Assembly: GCA_963668315.1 (NCBI GenBank)
Contig: OY764216.1
Span: 4,704,001 to 4,768,000, forward strand
Length of the DNA: 64,000 bases
Source of the DNA: Spirochaetia bacterium
Lineage (GTDB): Bacteria > Spirochaetota > Spirochaetia > DSM-2461
Direction of reading: 5' to 3'
Of this stretch, positions 1 through 9,234 are shown piece after piece; position 1 is the stretch's first letter; every line of letters starts with the position of its first letter. A program made the translations under genes and the position numbers. Under the pieces are notes generated by a model. The model did no database searches, had not been told where the DNA came from, and worked only from the letters and a program-made list of their open reading frames with translations.

Positions 1-301
1 CATACTGAAGCCGATCGGACAGATCCTTAACAAAATTGAACTGCTCCTCCGACGCCCTGGTCCCCAGGATTCGGGCGCCCTGCTCCAGAAAATAGGAGAT
101 GATCCCCCTTAACTGTTCATTCGACTTCCCGCTGCAGTAAATTACCTCCGGATATCCCACGCGAAGGGCCCGGTGATTATCAAGGCAGGCATATTTGAGA
201 TCTTTGAAAGGAAGATCCCGCAACTTCGCCAGGGCATCCTCTTTCCCGAGGCTCCCCTCCTTATAAGAGTCCAGAACCTCCATCAAATCTTCCGGTCTCA
301 T
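1..301 (-). CDS. larB: Nickel pincer cofactor biosynthesis protein LarB, 5' part (runs off the window)
   Basis: Manual translation from the ATG overlapping the larC stop (ATGA) gives MRPEDLMEVLDSYKEG...ACLDNHRALRVGYPEVIYCSGKS, matching the LarB N-terminal D-x-H-R-x-x-R-x-G-x-P-E-V motif. Confidence 0.9.
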   Translation of the reverse strand, partial: MRPEDLMEVLDSYKEGSLGKEDALAKLRDLPFKDLKYACLDNHRALRVGYPEVIYCSGKSNEQLRGIISYFLEQGARILGTRASEEQFNFVKDLSDRLQY

Positions 302-1542
302 AAAAGTTCGCCTCCCAGTATCCGATAGACCTCCGGCAGGGATAGATTTTTCTCCCGGGAGATCCGCAGGCAATCGTCGAACTCCAGCTTGGATTTTACT
401 TTTTTTCCGCCGGAGTAAAGAGTCTTCACCCGGACAGGCCCCAGGGAGCTCTCCCGCTCTTCCGTTTTTCTCGGACGGTCCTGCTTTGTGACCCTGAATG
501 TCCGGAAACCGAAACTGCTCGTTTCCGAGAGGAGAAGACGGCCCAGTTCATTTTCCCTCTCGGGAGAGGCAAGGACACTGACCTTGACGGCGGGCCGTCC
601 CTTCTTCATGATAAGGGGAGTGAGGTAGGCATCGTAAACCCCCTTCTCAAACAGACGGTCCAGAAGGGGAGCATACAGCTCGGGGTTCATATCGTCGATG
701 TTGCACTCCATCATAACCGCCTCAACGCTCTCCTGAACGGCGGCAGACTGGTATCCCCAGGTGACGCGGAGTACATTGGGGATATCCGTATCCCGATGGC
801 CGATACCGTAGCCCACCCGTTCGGGACGGAAGGAAAGAGAATCGGTATACCGGTCCACGGCGGATGCCAGAATCGCGGCGCCCGTTGGCGTCGTCGTCTC
901 AAAAGGCACCGCTCCTGTCTTTACCGGCGCGTCCCGGAGAATTTCCAGCGTAGCCGGTGCCGGGACGGGCATAAGACCGTGGGCGCACTTGACGAAGCCG
1001 CCGCCCAGTTCAATGGTGGAACAGTAGATTCTGTCGGGCTTCAGATAATCCAGACAGATGGCGGCCGCCGCAATATCCACGATGGAATCCACGGCGCCCA
1101 CTTCATGAAAATGAACCTGATCGGCCGGTTTGTTATGGATTTTACCCTCCGCTTCAGCTACCCGGGCAAAGATATCCAGGGCCCGGGACTTGACTGCTTC
1201 GGTAAGACCGGAACGGGCAAAGATTTCTTTGATGGCGGCAAAGTTTCTATGTTCATGCTGATGTTCATGCTGATGTTCATGCTGATGTTCGTGGTCATGA
1301 TGATGTTCGTGGTCATGATGATGTTCGTGATCATGATCCGCCAGAATCACATCGGTTCTAAGCCCCCATATGCCCATCTTCTGATCCTCGGCAAACTGTA
1401 TATGATATCCTTCGAGGGGAACTTTCTTTAACTCATCGAGTAGATAATCCCGGGGAACACCCAGATTAACCAGGGCGGATATCGTCATGTCACCGGAAAT
1501 ACCGGAAAAACAGTGGAAATAGAGTATTTTCTCTTCCATCAT
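298..1542 (-). CDS. larC: Nickel pincer cofactor nickel-insertion protein LarC (fused LarC1/C2)
   Basis: SGISGDM, a His-rich segment, VHFHEVGAVDSIVDI, HGLMPVPAPAT, TPTGAAIL, NIDDMNPE and MKKGRP motifs. Confidence 0.95.
   Translation of the reverse strand: MMEEKILYFHCFSGISGDMTISALVNLGVPRDYLLDELKKVPLEGYHIQFAEDQKMGIWGLRTDVILADHDHEHHHDHEHHHDHEHQHEHQHEHQHEHRNFAAIKEIFARSGLTEAVKSRALDIFARVAEAEGKIHNKPADQVHFHEVGAVDSIVDIAAAAICLDYLKPDRIYCSTIELGGGFVKCAHGLMPVPAPATLEILRDAPVKTGAVPFETTTPTGAAILASAVDRYTDSLSFRPERVGYGIGHRDTDIPNVLRVTWGYQSAAVQESVEAVMMECNIDDMNPELYAPLLDRLFEKGVYDAYLTPLIMKKGRPAVKVSVLASPERENELGRLLLSETSSFGFRTFRVTKQDRPRKTEERESSLGPVRVKTLYSGGKKVKSKLEFDDCLRISREKNLSLPEVYRILGGELL
1249..1338. repeat. In-frame tandem repeats (3 x 12 bp plus 3 x 18 bp) encoding the His-rich region of LarC
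   Basis: (ATGTTCATGCTG)3 is followed by ~(ATGTTCGTGGTCATGATG)3; on the minus strand this encodes DHDHEHHHDHEHHHDHEHQHEHQHEHQHEH. Confidence 0.9.
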
Positions 1543-2360
1543 TACGCTCCTTGTTTCTTTTCATCGAATTGATTAAGGCTGCCCATGGCATATCCCTCCA
1601 GTTCCAGGCAGACATAGGTATAACCCAGATTTTTAAGGGAACGGGAGATTTTCTCCATCAGGGCCGGCTCCAGGATTCTGCCCATCTCTTCCCGGGCCAG
1701 TTCGATACGTCCGATCCGGTCGTGATGGCGCAGACGGACCTGCCGAAAACCCAGAGAGTGCAGATATGCCTCCCCCTTCTCCACCATGGAGAGATTCTCC
1801 CCGGTCAGAGGCGAACCATAGGGGATACGGGAGGCCAGGCAGGCATAGGCCGGCAGATTCCAGGTTGCCAGTTCCAGCTCCCGGGAAATATCCCTGATAT
1901 CGGCTTTTGTCAAACCGCACTCTTTCAAGGGACTGACGATCTTAAGTTCCGCCAGAGCCTTCATGCCCGGGCGGTAGTCGCTCTGATCATCCACATTGGA
2001 GCCGTCAAAGACGGTTTCTATCCCCCCTTCGGCCGCTGCCGCAGTAATGGAGGAAAAGACAATTTTCTTACAGTGATAACAGCGGTCAGCCGGGTTGGAT
2101 GCCACTACCGGATCCAGTTTTCCGAACTCGATAATTTTCTGGTTTATTCCTATGGAGCGGGCCATGGCAACGGACATCTCCTTCTCCCGTTCAGGAATAA
2201 GAACGGAAAAAACCGTTACGGCCAGGGCCTTATCGCCCAGAGCGTCCGCCGCTGCCCTGCACAACAGGGTACTGTCCACTCCTCCGGAAAAGGCTACCGC
2301 CGCCGAAGGGTAATTCTTAATAAAGGCTGTCAGCCGTTTATACTTTTCTTGCCAACTCAT
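1542..2360 (-). CDS. larE: ATP-dependent sulfur transferase LarE
   Basis: PP-loop AFSGGVDS, RCYHCK, DYRPG and ACLASRIPYG motifs; adjacent to larC and larB. Confidence 0.93.
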   Translation of the reverse strand: MSWQEKYKRLTAFIKNYPSAAVAFSGGVDSTLLCRAAADALGDKALAVTVFSVLIPEREKEMSVAMARSIGINQKIIEFGKLDPVVASNPADRCYHCKKIVFSSITAAAAEGGIETVFDGSNVDDQSDYRPGMKALAELKIVSPLKECGLTKADIRDISRELELATWNLPAYACLASRIPYGSPLTGENLSMVEKGEAYLHSLGFRQVRLRHHDRIGRIELAREEMGRILEPALMEKISRSLKNLGYTYVCLELEGYAMGSLNQFDEKKQGA

Positions 2361-3127
2361 CTGTCAAACTCCTTTTTTACCTGAAGCCCACAATGCTCGC
2401 AGCGCTGCAGCATAAGGGGCAGTTCCATCCGGTACATCTCCATTTTCCCCCTGTCGGAAAGCACCGTTTCCACATCGCCGGTCTCAACAATCCTCCCCTC
2501 GAAAAGAACGGAAACCTCGGTGCATGTCTCCCAGATAAGATCGAGATCGTGGGAAACGATAATCATGGCATGGGGCAGTTCCCGAATCGTATTGATCAGA
2601 GTCCGGCGGGAACGGGAGTCGAGACCGGCGCTCGGCTCGTCGAGCAGAAGGATTTCCGGATCCATGCTCAAAACCGATGCCAGGGCGGCGGATTTCTTCT
2701 CTCCCCCCGATAGGGCATGGGGAGCCCTGTCGGCCAGATGGGATATGCCGACCGTCTTCAGGGCTTTGTCCACCCTCTCCTTCACCTCATCCGGTGAGAG
2801 CCCCATATTCAGAGGTCCGAAAGCCACATCGGCCTCTACGGAATGGGAGAAGAGCTGATGATCCGAATTCTGGAAGAGAAGTCCCAGCTTCTTGCGGATC
2901 TCCTTCACGGTGGATTTTTCCAGCACCCTTCCGCCTACCCTGACCGTGCCGCTCTCCTCCTGCAGGATACCGGTTATCAGCTGGAGCAGTGTGGATTTTC
3001 CCGCACCGTTGGGTCCTATGATCCCATGTCTGGCGAGGGGCCGCAGCTCAAAGTCCACCCCGTTGAGCGCTTTGGTCCCGTTGGTATAACGATAGCGCAG
3101 GGCTTCGATTTTCAGAGGCGTACTCAC
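2357..3127 (-). CDS. cbiO: ECF Ni/Co transporter ATPase (CbiO/NikO)
   Basis: Walker A GPNGAGKST, LSGGEKK and LLLDEP. The likely start is GTG at 3127, preceded by AAGGAGG and overlapping the restored cbiQ stop; the ORF-track start at 3319 is too far upstream. Confidence 0.88.
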   Translation of the reverse strand: MSTPLKIEALRYRYTNGTKALNGVDFELRPLARHGIIGPNGAGKSTLLQLITGILQEESGTVRVGGRVLEKSTVKEIRKKLGLLFQNSDHQLFSHSVEADVAFGPLNMGLSPDEVKERVDKALKTVGISHLADRAPHALSGGEKKSAALASVLSMDPEILLLDEPSAGLDSRSRRTLINTIRELPHAMIIVSHDLDLIWETCTEVSVLFEGRIVETGDVETVLSDRGKMEMYRMELPLMLQRCEHCGLQVKKEFDR

Positions 3128-3893
3128 AGGGCAGCCCTCCTTAGAATAAAGCAGTAGGCAGTCCAGAAGAGGCACCAGAGGATATCGGCAGGACCGGTTT
3201 TCTCCCGACTGCCCGGAGAGAGATATTCGATTTCCCCTCCCCTTAAATCGATGGCGTTCTGAAGGCCCTCCGCCTTTCTGAGAGTCCGGAGAAACCACTG
3301 TCCCCCCAGGGGACCCCAATCCTTCCAGTAAATCCCCCTGTGTCCGGGAGCCCTGAGACTATAAGCCTGTAGATGATCTTCCCCTCATTCAGAAGCAGCC
3401 GGATATACCGGAACGTCACGGAAAGAATCGAGATAAACAGAGGGGGAACCCGGAACCTCCCCAGAGCGGAGAGCACTCCTCCGAATCCCTTCAGCCCGAT
3501 GAAGGAGAGGGCGGCGAGAATGGCCAGGGTTCCCTTGAGAAGGAGTGTTCCCCCGGTAACCCATCCTTCCCTGATAATGACGCCGGGATATACTTCAAAG
3601 GAACCGCCGTCGAAAATCAGACTGGAGAGAAAGAAAAAGAAAAAGAGGGGCACCACGGTCAGATAAATCCGAAGAAGAAGAGACAGAGGCGTCCTTCCCA
3701 CGCCTATCATAACCGCAGGGTACAGCAGAAATCCCCCCAGGGACAATGATCCGGTCTTCCCGAAGGAGGTTACCGTCAGAATAAACACGAGCAATACGAT
3801 AAAATGCGCCGTCGCCCCGGCCCGGTCCAGAGGGGATTCTCTGTCGGAAGACTCTTCCAGCAGCGCCAGCACATCGGCCGAATCAAATGTCAC
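3124..3893 (-). pseudogene. cbiQ: ECF transmembrane T component CbiQ/NikQ with a 1-nt frameshift at about 3366 (true lesion or sequencing error)
   Basis: A hydrophobic CbiQ-like ORF loses similarity after TFRYIRLLLNEGKIIYR. Adding one G restores YRAYSLRAPG...QWFLRTLRKAEGLQNAIDLRG and a TGA at 3124-3126 that overlaps the cbiO GTG. Confidence 0.8.
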
Positions 3894-4899
3894 CTGCGGA
3901 ACTCCCCTTCTTTCTCAATCCCCTGGCAAGAAAAAGGAACAGACTGATGGCGGCGAGGGTCAGAAGAACACCGACGATTCCGGAAAGCACGGTCCCCGTC
4001 GCAGGGCCGATCCCGCCGCTCCTCGCCCCGTAATCGGGAAGAAAGGAGAGGCGGGCCTGAAGCCATTCGGCGGCGTTATGCAGATTGTTCCCCAGGCCGG
4101 TTTTCATCCTTACGGTGACGTTCTCCAGGGACCATTCCAGACCGTCGGGAAGCTCGGATGCGAAAAGTGACAGGACCGTGCCCGTAAGTAAAGCGGCGGC
4201 GCCCAGGAGGGGGACAAGTTTCTCACCCCGGCCCGAAGACCTGTTCATTTGGGAGGACCGCTCAAACAGATCGGGGGCCTGGGAAAAGAGATAGCCCACC
4301 AGAACGGCGGTAATAAGTCCCTCTATAAGCCCTATGGCCAGGTGGACCGACTGCATGAGAATCAGAAAAGTTCCGTAGGGCAGCGTGACCCGGCCGGAAA
4401 AAAACGTTTCGGCCACGACACCCAGGGAACCGAACTGCAGTCCCGCCACTGCCGTCAGGACCGAAGCGGTAAAAAGATTTTTCCGGGAGTCCGATCTTCT
4501 CCTCATCCTCTTGAAGATAAGGGGATAGGCCAGAAAATTCATAAAAAAGGCCATATTCATGAGGTTCGATCCCAGGGCCAGTATCCCCCCGTCGGCAAAA
4601 AAGAAAGCCTGTATGAGAAGTATTGTCGCCATGGCGAGAAAAGAGAGATAGGGCCCCAGAAGTATGGTCAAAAAGAGGGCGCCCGAAATATGGCCGCTCG
4701 ATCCGGTCCCCGGTATGGTAAAATTAATCATCTGGGCGGCGAATATAAAGGCTGCCGAAACGCCTGTCAGAGATACGATCCGGCTGGACTCAGCCAGGGT
4801 CTCCCTGCTTTTCCTGAGAGAATAGCCCCCGGCTGAGACAGCCAGAGCCCACATACCTCCCCCTACGGCGGGGGAAAGGAACGCATCTGCCATGTGCAT
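3883..4899 (-). CDS. cbiM: ECF Ni/Co transporter S component CbiM/NikM fused to a PDGLE (NikN-like) domain
   Basis: N-terminal metal-binding MHMAD, AQMINF, GSSGH and FFADGG; C-terminal ASELPDGLEW and LPDY. Confidence 0.88.
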   Translation of the reverse strand: MHMADAFLSPAVGGGMWALAVSAGGYSLRKSRETLAESSRIVSLTGVSAAFIFAAQMINFTIPGTGSSGHISGALFLTILLGPYLSFLAMATILLIQAFFFADGGILALGSNLMNMAFFMNFLAYPLIFKRMRRRSDSRKNLFTASVLTAVAGLQFGSLGVVAETFFSGRVTLPYGTFLILMQSVHLAIGLIEGLITAVLVGYLFSQAPDLFERSSQMNRSSGRGEKLVPLLGAAALLTGTVLSLFASELPDGLEWSLENVTVRMKTGLGNNLHNAAEWLQARLSFLPDYGARSGGIGPATGTVLSGIVGVLLTLAAISLFLFLARGLRKKGSSAGDI

Positions 4900-5017
4900 A
4901 GTAAAATCCTTTGTACGAAAGTTCCGGGCTCCTTCCTGAAGCCGACAGATCTTTGTCGATGTTGTGGTGAGATGAAATGATGGCAGAGCCTTCTTGGCTC
5001 CATTCTTGAAGAAACAA

Positions 5018-5440
5018 TCAGTCTTTGATTATTTCTTTCACCTGCAGAATCAGGTCGTCAACCAGATTCTGCATGGTCTTGTTTTCGCTGCCCGCGATAC
5101 TCACACTGCACTTCTGTACGGGGATCAGTATCTTCCTGCAGGGAGCGGAACCGATGGCTTCGGCCATTTTCGGCGTTAACTCTCCCAGCATGGAGTTGGC
5201 AACAACGATTCCTATGGGTCCGACAATCAGATCCACCCTGGCAACCGTCTGAACGATGGCGTTCTCTCCGGTAGCCCCTTCATCGGCACCGGCCTTGATC
5301 ATGGTTGATGTGGCAAGGGCATTGGTACCCAGGGCGACAACAGTTATCCGGTTATCCAGTTTATCCTTGAGGTTCTGGATCAGGTTCTTCCCGATTCCTC
5401 CCCCCTGGCCGTCCACGACCGCTATTCGAAACATTACCAT
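5018..5440 (-). CDS. DUF3842 family protein
   Basis: IAVVDGQGGGIG, LGTNALAT, GATGENA and ANSMLGELTP motifs. Start trimmed to the MVMFRI ATG. Confidence 0.8.
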   Translation of the reverse strand: MVMFRIAVVDGQGGGIGKNLIQNLKDKLDNRITVVALGTNALATSTMIKAGADEGATGENAIVQTVARVDLIVGPIGIVVANSMLGELTPKMAEAIGSAPCRKILIPVQKCSVSIAGSENKTMQNLVDDLILQVKEIIKD

Positions 5441-5542
5441 TGCAGTAAGCATTCTATCATCCGGAGATAACTCCAGGGCAACCCCCCGAAGGGGGTTTTT
5501 AACTATTTTTCCGCCCAATTGCCCGCGGAAACCCTGCCGGGA

Positions 5543-6733
5543 TTATTTAACCCGGGCCATTTTGCGCACAAGGGCTACGGTGGGTTTGAAGAAAAAGCCT
5601 TCCAGCTCTTTCCTGGCGTTCTTCAGTTCCTTTCGGATCTCTATACTCTGGGGGCAGTGTTTTTCACATTTACCGCAGTCAATACACTGGGAAGCAAACC
5701 CCGGTTTCTTGGCTCCCACGCCCAGTTCCATCATATATTTATACTTTTCCCGCTTGCCCTCAAGGAGATATTTCTCGTTATAGAGAGAGAAAACCTGGGG
5801 AATGTTGACTCCGGCTGGACAGGGCATGCAGTAGGCGCAGCCGGTGCAGGGGACTTTTGTTTTCTCTATCATGATCCGTTTGACATCATCATAGATTGTA
5901 ATTTCTTCTCCACTCAGGGAATTGGGCTCCATGGCGGAAGCGGCATTGATGTTATCGTCAAGCTGATCCTGCTCGTTCATTCCGGAAAGAACCACCGTGA
6001 CACCCGGCTGATTCCAGAGCCAGCGCAGGGACCACTCCGCATTGCTTCTCTTCCCGTCGTAGGCGGTAAATTTATCGGTAATGACTTTGGGAAGCTGATT
6101 GACAAGCTGGCCTCCCCGGAGGGGCTCCATGATAATGACGGGGATCCCCATGGATTCGGCCAGTTCCAGTCCGGAACGGCCGGCCTGGTTGTTCTCATCC
6201 ATGTAATTATACTGGATCTGACAGAAATCCCAGTCGTATGCCTTGATAATCTCCTCAAACCCCGCCTTTACCCCGTGGAAGGAAAATCCCAGATTCTTAA
6301 TGACTCCGTCTTTTTTCAGCTGTTCAAGCCAGTCGATGATTCCCAGTTTTTTCAGACGCTCAAAACCGGCGCCGTCGGCCAGCATGTGAAGCAGGTAATA
6401 ATCGATATAATCCATATTGAGGCGTGACAGCTGTGTATCGAACATTTTTTTCGCCTTATCCAGGCTGTTGATCATGAACTGGGGAAGCTTGGTGGCGACT
6501 TTCACCCTTTCCCGGTAACCGTCGGCCAGGGCTTTTCCCAGAAGGGGTTCGCTCTTTCCTCCGTGATAGGGATAGGCCGTATCGAAGTAATTGACGCCCC
6601 TGTCGGCGGCATCACGGATAAGGGCAATAGCCTTTTCCTCATCGATAGACGATCCCTTCATGGGAAGTCTCATACAACCGAATCCTAAAATAGAAAGATC
6701 ATCTCCGTTCTTCGGATTTTTTCTAGTGAGCAT
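5543..6733 (-). CDS. Aldo/keto reductase with C-terminal 4Fe-4S ferredoxin domain
   Basis: LGFGCMRLP, YFDTAYPY, ATKLP and IMEPLRGG; Cys motifs CTGCAYCMPCP and CIDCGKCEKHCP. Confidence 0.9.
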   Translation of the reverse strand: MLTRKNPKNGDDLSILGFGCMRLPMKGSSIDEEKAIALIRDAADRGVNYFDTAYPYHGGKSEPLLGKALADGYRERVKVATKLPQFMINSLDKAKKMFDTQLSRLNMDYIDYYLLHMLADGAGFERLKKLGIIDWLEQLKKDGVIKNLGFSFHGVKAGFEEIIKAYDWDFCQIQYNYMDENNQAGRSGLELAESMGIPVIIMEPLRGGQLVNQLPKVITDKFTAYDGKRSNAEWSLRWLWNQPGVTVVLSGMNEQDQLDDNINAASAMEPNSLSGEEITIYDDVKRIMIEKTKVPCTGCAYCMPCPAGVNIPQVFSLYNEKYLLEGKREKYKYMMELGVGAKKPGFASQCIDCGKCEKHCPQSIEIRKELKNARKELEGFFFKPTVALVRKMARVK

Positions 6734-6860
6734 AGTGTCAACTCCTTATATATAGTTATACTATACATCAAGATCCAGGAGATCTGGGAGGTAAGATCCT
6801 GCATTTTTCTTGCCCGATAATACATTTCTGAGGAAAATCGGCCTATTTCCCAAAAGAATA

Positions 6861-6891
6861 TTGACCTAGAGTAAGGTCTAGGATGTATTTT
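6861..6891 (+). promoter_or_regulatory. MerR-family (NmlR/AdhR-like) promoter and operator
   Basis: TTGACC, a 19-bp spacer and TATTTT, with the inverted repeat CCTAGA-N6-TCTAGG (6865-6882) across the spacer. Confidence 0.75.
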
Positions 6892-6922
6892 CTATGAAAA
6901 CACCATCAACATGAGGAAAGAA

Positions 6923-8095
6923 ATGAATATAGACTTCACCTATCAGAATCCCACCACGATCTATTTCGGCAAAAACGGAATGGACAATCTGAAAGCGGAA
7001 CTGGCAAATTACGGCGAAACCGTCATGCTGGCCTACGGTAAGGGCTCCATCAAAAAGATCGGTCTTTACGATCAGGTCATCTCCGTGCTTGAGGAGAGCG
7101 GCAAGAAAGTCGTTGAGCTGACCGGCATTATGGCCAACCCGACCTACGAAAAGGTCAAAGAGGGGGCAAGGATCGTCAAGGACAATCAGGTCGATCTGAT
7201 ACTGGCCGTCGGCGGCGGTTCCGTTATCGACTGCGCCAAGGGAATCTCCGTTTCGGCCTACTGCGATGATGACCCCTGGAAAAAATACTGGCTTGAGTTT
7301 CAGCCCGTCGCCAATAAAATCGTACCGGTGGCCTCAATCCTCACCCTGGCCGGTACGGGCTCCGAGATGAACGGCGGCTCGGTCATAACCAATGACGACA
7401 TGAAACTGAAAATGGGCCGCGTCTTCCCCGCCGAAGTCTATCCCAAATTCTCCATTCTGAACCCGGAGTACACATTCTCCCTGCCCAAGTATCAGATGGT
7501 AAGCGGTATCTTTGATATGATGTCCCACCTCATGGAATCCTACTTCTCCGGCGAAGATGATGTGACCACCGACTATATGATAGAAGCTGTTCTCCGTTCC
7601 ATCATCCACAGCGCTGAAATAGCCATTGAAAACCCCGAAGACTACGAAGCGAGAAGCAACCTGATGTGGAGCGCCACCCTGGCCATGAATCCCCTTATGG
7701 GACTCAGCAAGCCCCAGGACTGGCAGGTTCATATGATTGAGCACCAGCTCGGCGCTTATACAGACTGCGCTCACGGTATGGGGCTGGCCGCCGTTTCCCT
7801 CCCCTACTACCGTATGATCTGTAAAGACGGATTGAACAAGTTTGTCCGGTTCGCCACCCAGGTATGGGGTATCGACGGAGAGGGTAAATCCAAAGAAGAA
7901 CTAGCCCTGTCAGGTATCGATGCCCTCGAAGCATTCTGCAGGAAATGCGGAATCGTGACCAACCTGAAAGAGCTGGGTGCAACGGAAGAGATGCTTCCCC
8001 AGATCGCCCATTCCACCGTGCTTCTGGGATGCTACAAGAAACTTACCGCCGATGACGTCCTGGCCGTTCTGAAAACAGCTTACGACGAGAAATAG
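6923..8095 (+). CDS. Iron-containing alcohol dehydrogenase (BdhA/YqhD-like)
   Basis: YQNPTTIYFG, AVGGGSVIDCAK, GTGSEMN and HMIEHQL...AHGMGLA. SD GAGGA precedes the ATG at 6923. Confidence 0.92.
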   Translation: MNIDFTYQNPTTIYFGKNGMDNLKAELANYGETVMLAYGKGSIKKIGLYDQVISVLEESGKKVVELTGIMANPTYEKVKEGARIVKDNQVDLILAVGGGSVIDCAKGISVSAYCDDDPWKKYWLEFQPVANKIVPVASILTLAGTGSEMNGGSVITNDDMKLKMGRVFPAEVYPKFSILNPEYTFSLPKYQMVSGIFDMMSHLMESYFSGEDDVTTDYMIEAVLRSIIHSAEIAIENPEDYEARSNLMWSATLAMNPLMGLSKPQDWQVHMIEHQLGAYTDCAHGMGLAAVSLPYYRMICKDGLNKFVRFATQVWGIDGEGKSKEELALSGIDALEAFCRKCGIVTNLKELGATEEMLPQIAHSTVLLGCYKKLTADDVLAVLKTAYDEK

Positions 8096-8171
8096 ACCGG
8101 TATAACCGTCTGCGCTCTCCCCTTCGGCCTTTAGGCCTGAGGGGCAGGGTCATTTACTTAGGAGGAAAGAC

Positions 8172-8684
8172 ATGAAATCACCAAAAGTCATAGGAATGTG
8201 TTTATTCACCCTGCTGATGTTTACTTTGACAATACCATGTTTCTCTCAGGGCAAAGAGGATGACAGACAGAATAAGGCACTCCCAAAGGAGGGAACAGAA
8301 GTGAACAGCGAAGCAGAAAACCGGGAAGGTATGCCGGTGGTAATGGTTATGAACGGCACCGAGGTCAAGGCCACTCTTAACAATACACTTACGGCAAGGG
8401 AATTCGCCAAGCTTCTTCCCTATTCGGTAACCGTTTCCCGGGCGACCGATGACCTGTGCGGTTCGGTAGGCGAAAGTCTGCCCTCCGATCCTTCCGAAGG
8501 ACAGAATAGCTGGAAGATCGGTGAAATAGGCTGGTTCGGCGGCTGGTTTACCATTCTTGTGGACCATGAAGAACGCTTCTACCAGATGCCCGGCGTTATG
8601 ATCATCGGAAGAATCAGCGATGAAGACCTGAGCAAGGTGACCGGGCTGACCGGCAGGGTGGATATCACCGTCCGGGCTGAATAA
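8172..8684 (+). CDS. Exported cyclophilin-like fold protein
   Basis: Signal peptide, then ATLNNTLTAREFAKLLP...GEIGW...IIGRI. SD AGGAGG. Confidence 0.7.
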   Translation: MKSPKVIGMCLFTLLMFTLTIPCFSQGKEDDRQNKALPKEGTEVNSEAENREGMPVVMVMNGTEVKATLNNTLTAREFAKLLPYSVTVSRATDDLCGSVGESLPSDPSEGQNSWKIGEIGWFGGWFTILVDHEERFYQMPGVMIIGRISDEDLSKVTGLTGRVDITVRAE

Positions 8685-8729
8685 TATTTCCAGAACGGTT
8701 ATACTTATGGAAGCAAACAAGGAGAAAAA

Positions 8730-9173
8730 ATGAAAAAAATCATACTCCTGTTCCTCATTGCGGGAACAGCACTTATCAGCAACCTGTCCTGTCAGGGAAT
8801 CAATTCAAAGGAGTCGGATAATAAAATGAAACTAACAGTGGGAAATACCGTATTCAGCGCCACGCTGGTGGATAACTCAACAACGGTGAAGCTTAGGGAG
8901 ATGCTATCGGAGGGCCCGATAACCATAGATATGCGGGATTACGGCAATATGGAAAAGGTCGGTTCCTTCGGGACCAGCCTGCCCAGAAACGACGAACCCA
9001 TTACCACCGAGGCGGGAGACCTGATTCTTTACCAGGGAAATGCCTTTGTTATTTACTATGCTCCCAACTCATGGAATTTCACCCGTATCGGAAAAATCGA
9101 CAACGTGACCGCCTCTCAGCTTAAAAGCGCTCTGGGAAGCGGCAATGTGTCGGTGACCCTCTCTCTGGATTAG
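8730..9173 (+). CDS. Exported or lipoprotein cyclophilin-like fold protein
   Basis: Signal peptide ending in LSC; ATLVDNST, MRDYGNMEKVG, AGDLILYQGN and FTRIGKI. Confidence 0.8.
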   Translation: MKKIILLFLIAGTALISNLSCQGINSKESDNKMKLTVGNTVFSATLVDNSTTVKLREMLSEGPITIDMRDYGNMEKVGSFGTSLPRNDEPITTEAGDLILYQGNAFVIYYAPNSWNFTRIGKIDNVTASQLKSALGSGNVSVTLSLD

Positions 9174-9234
9174 GGGATCCCCCACCCTTTTTGGCGATCG
9201 GGGGCATTCCCTTCCCCCGGCGTCAGAGAGCTCT

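Noticed and set aside
6770..6800. AGATC repeats upstream of the aldo/keto reductase
   Set aside because: Too short and irregularly spaced to call an operator.
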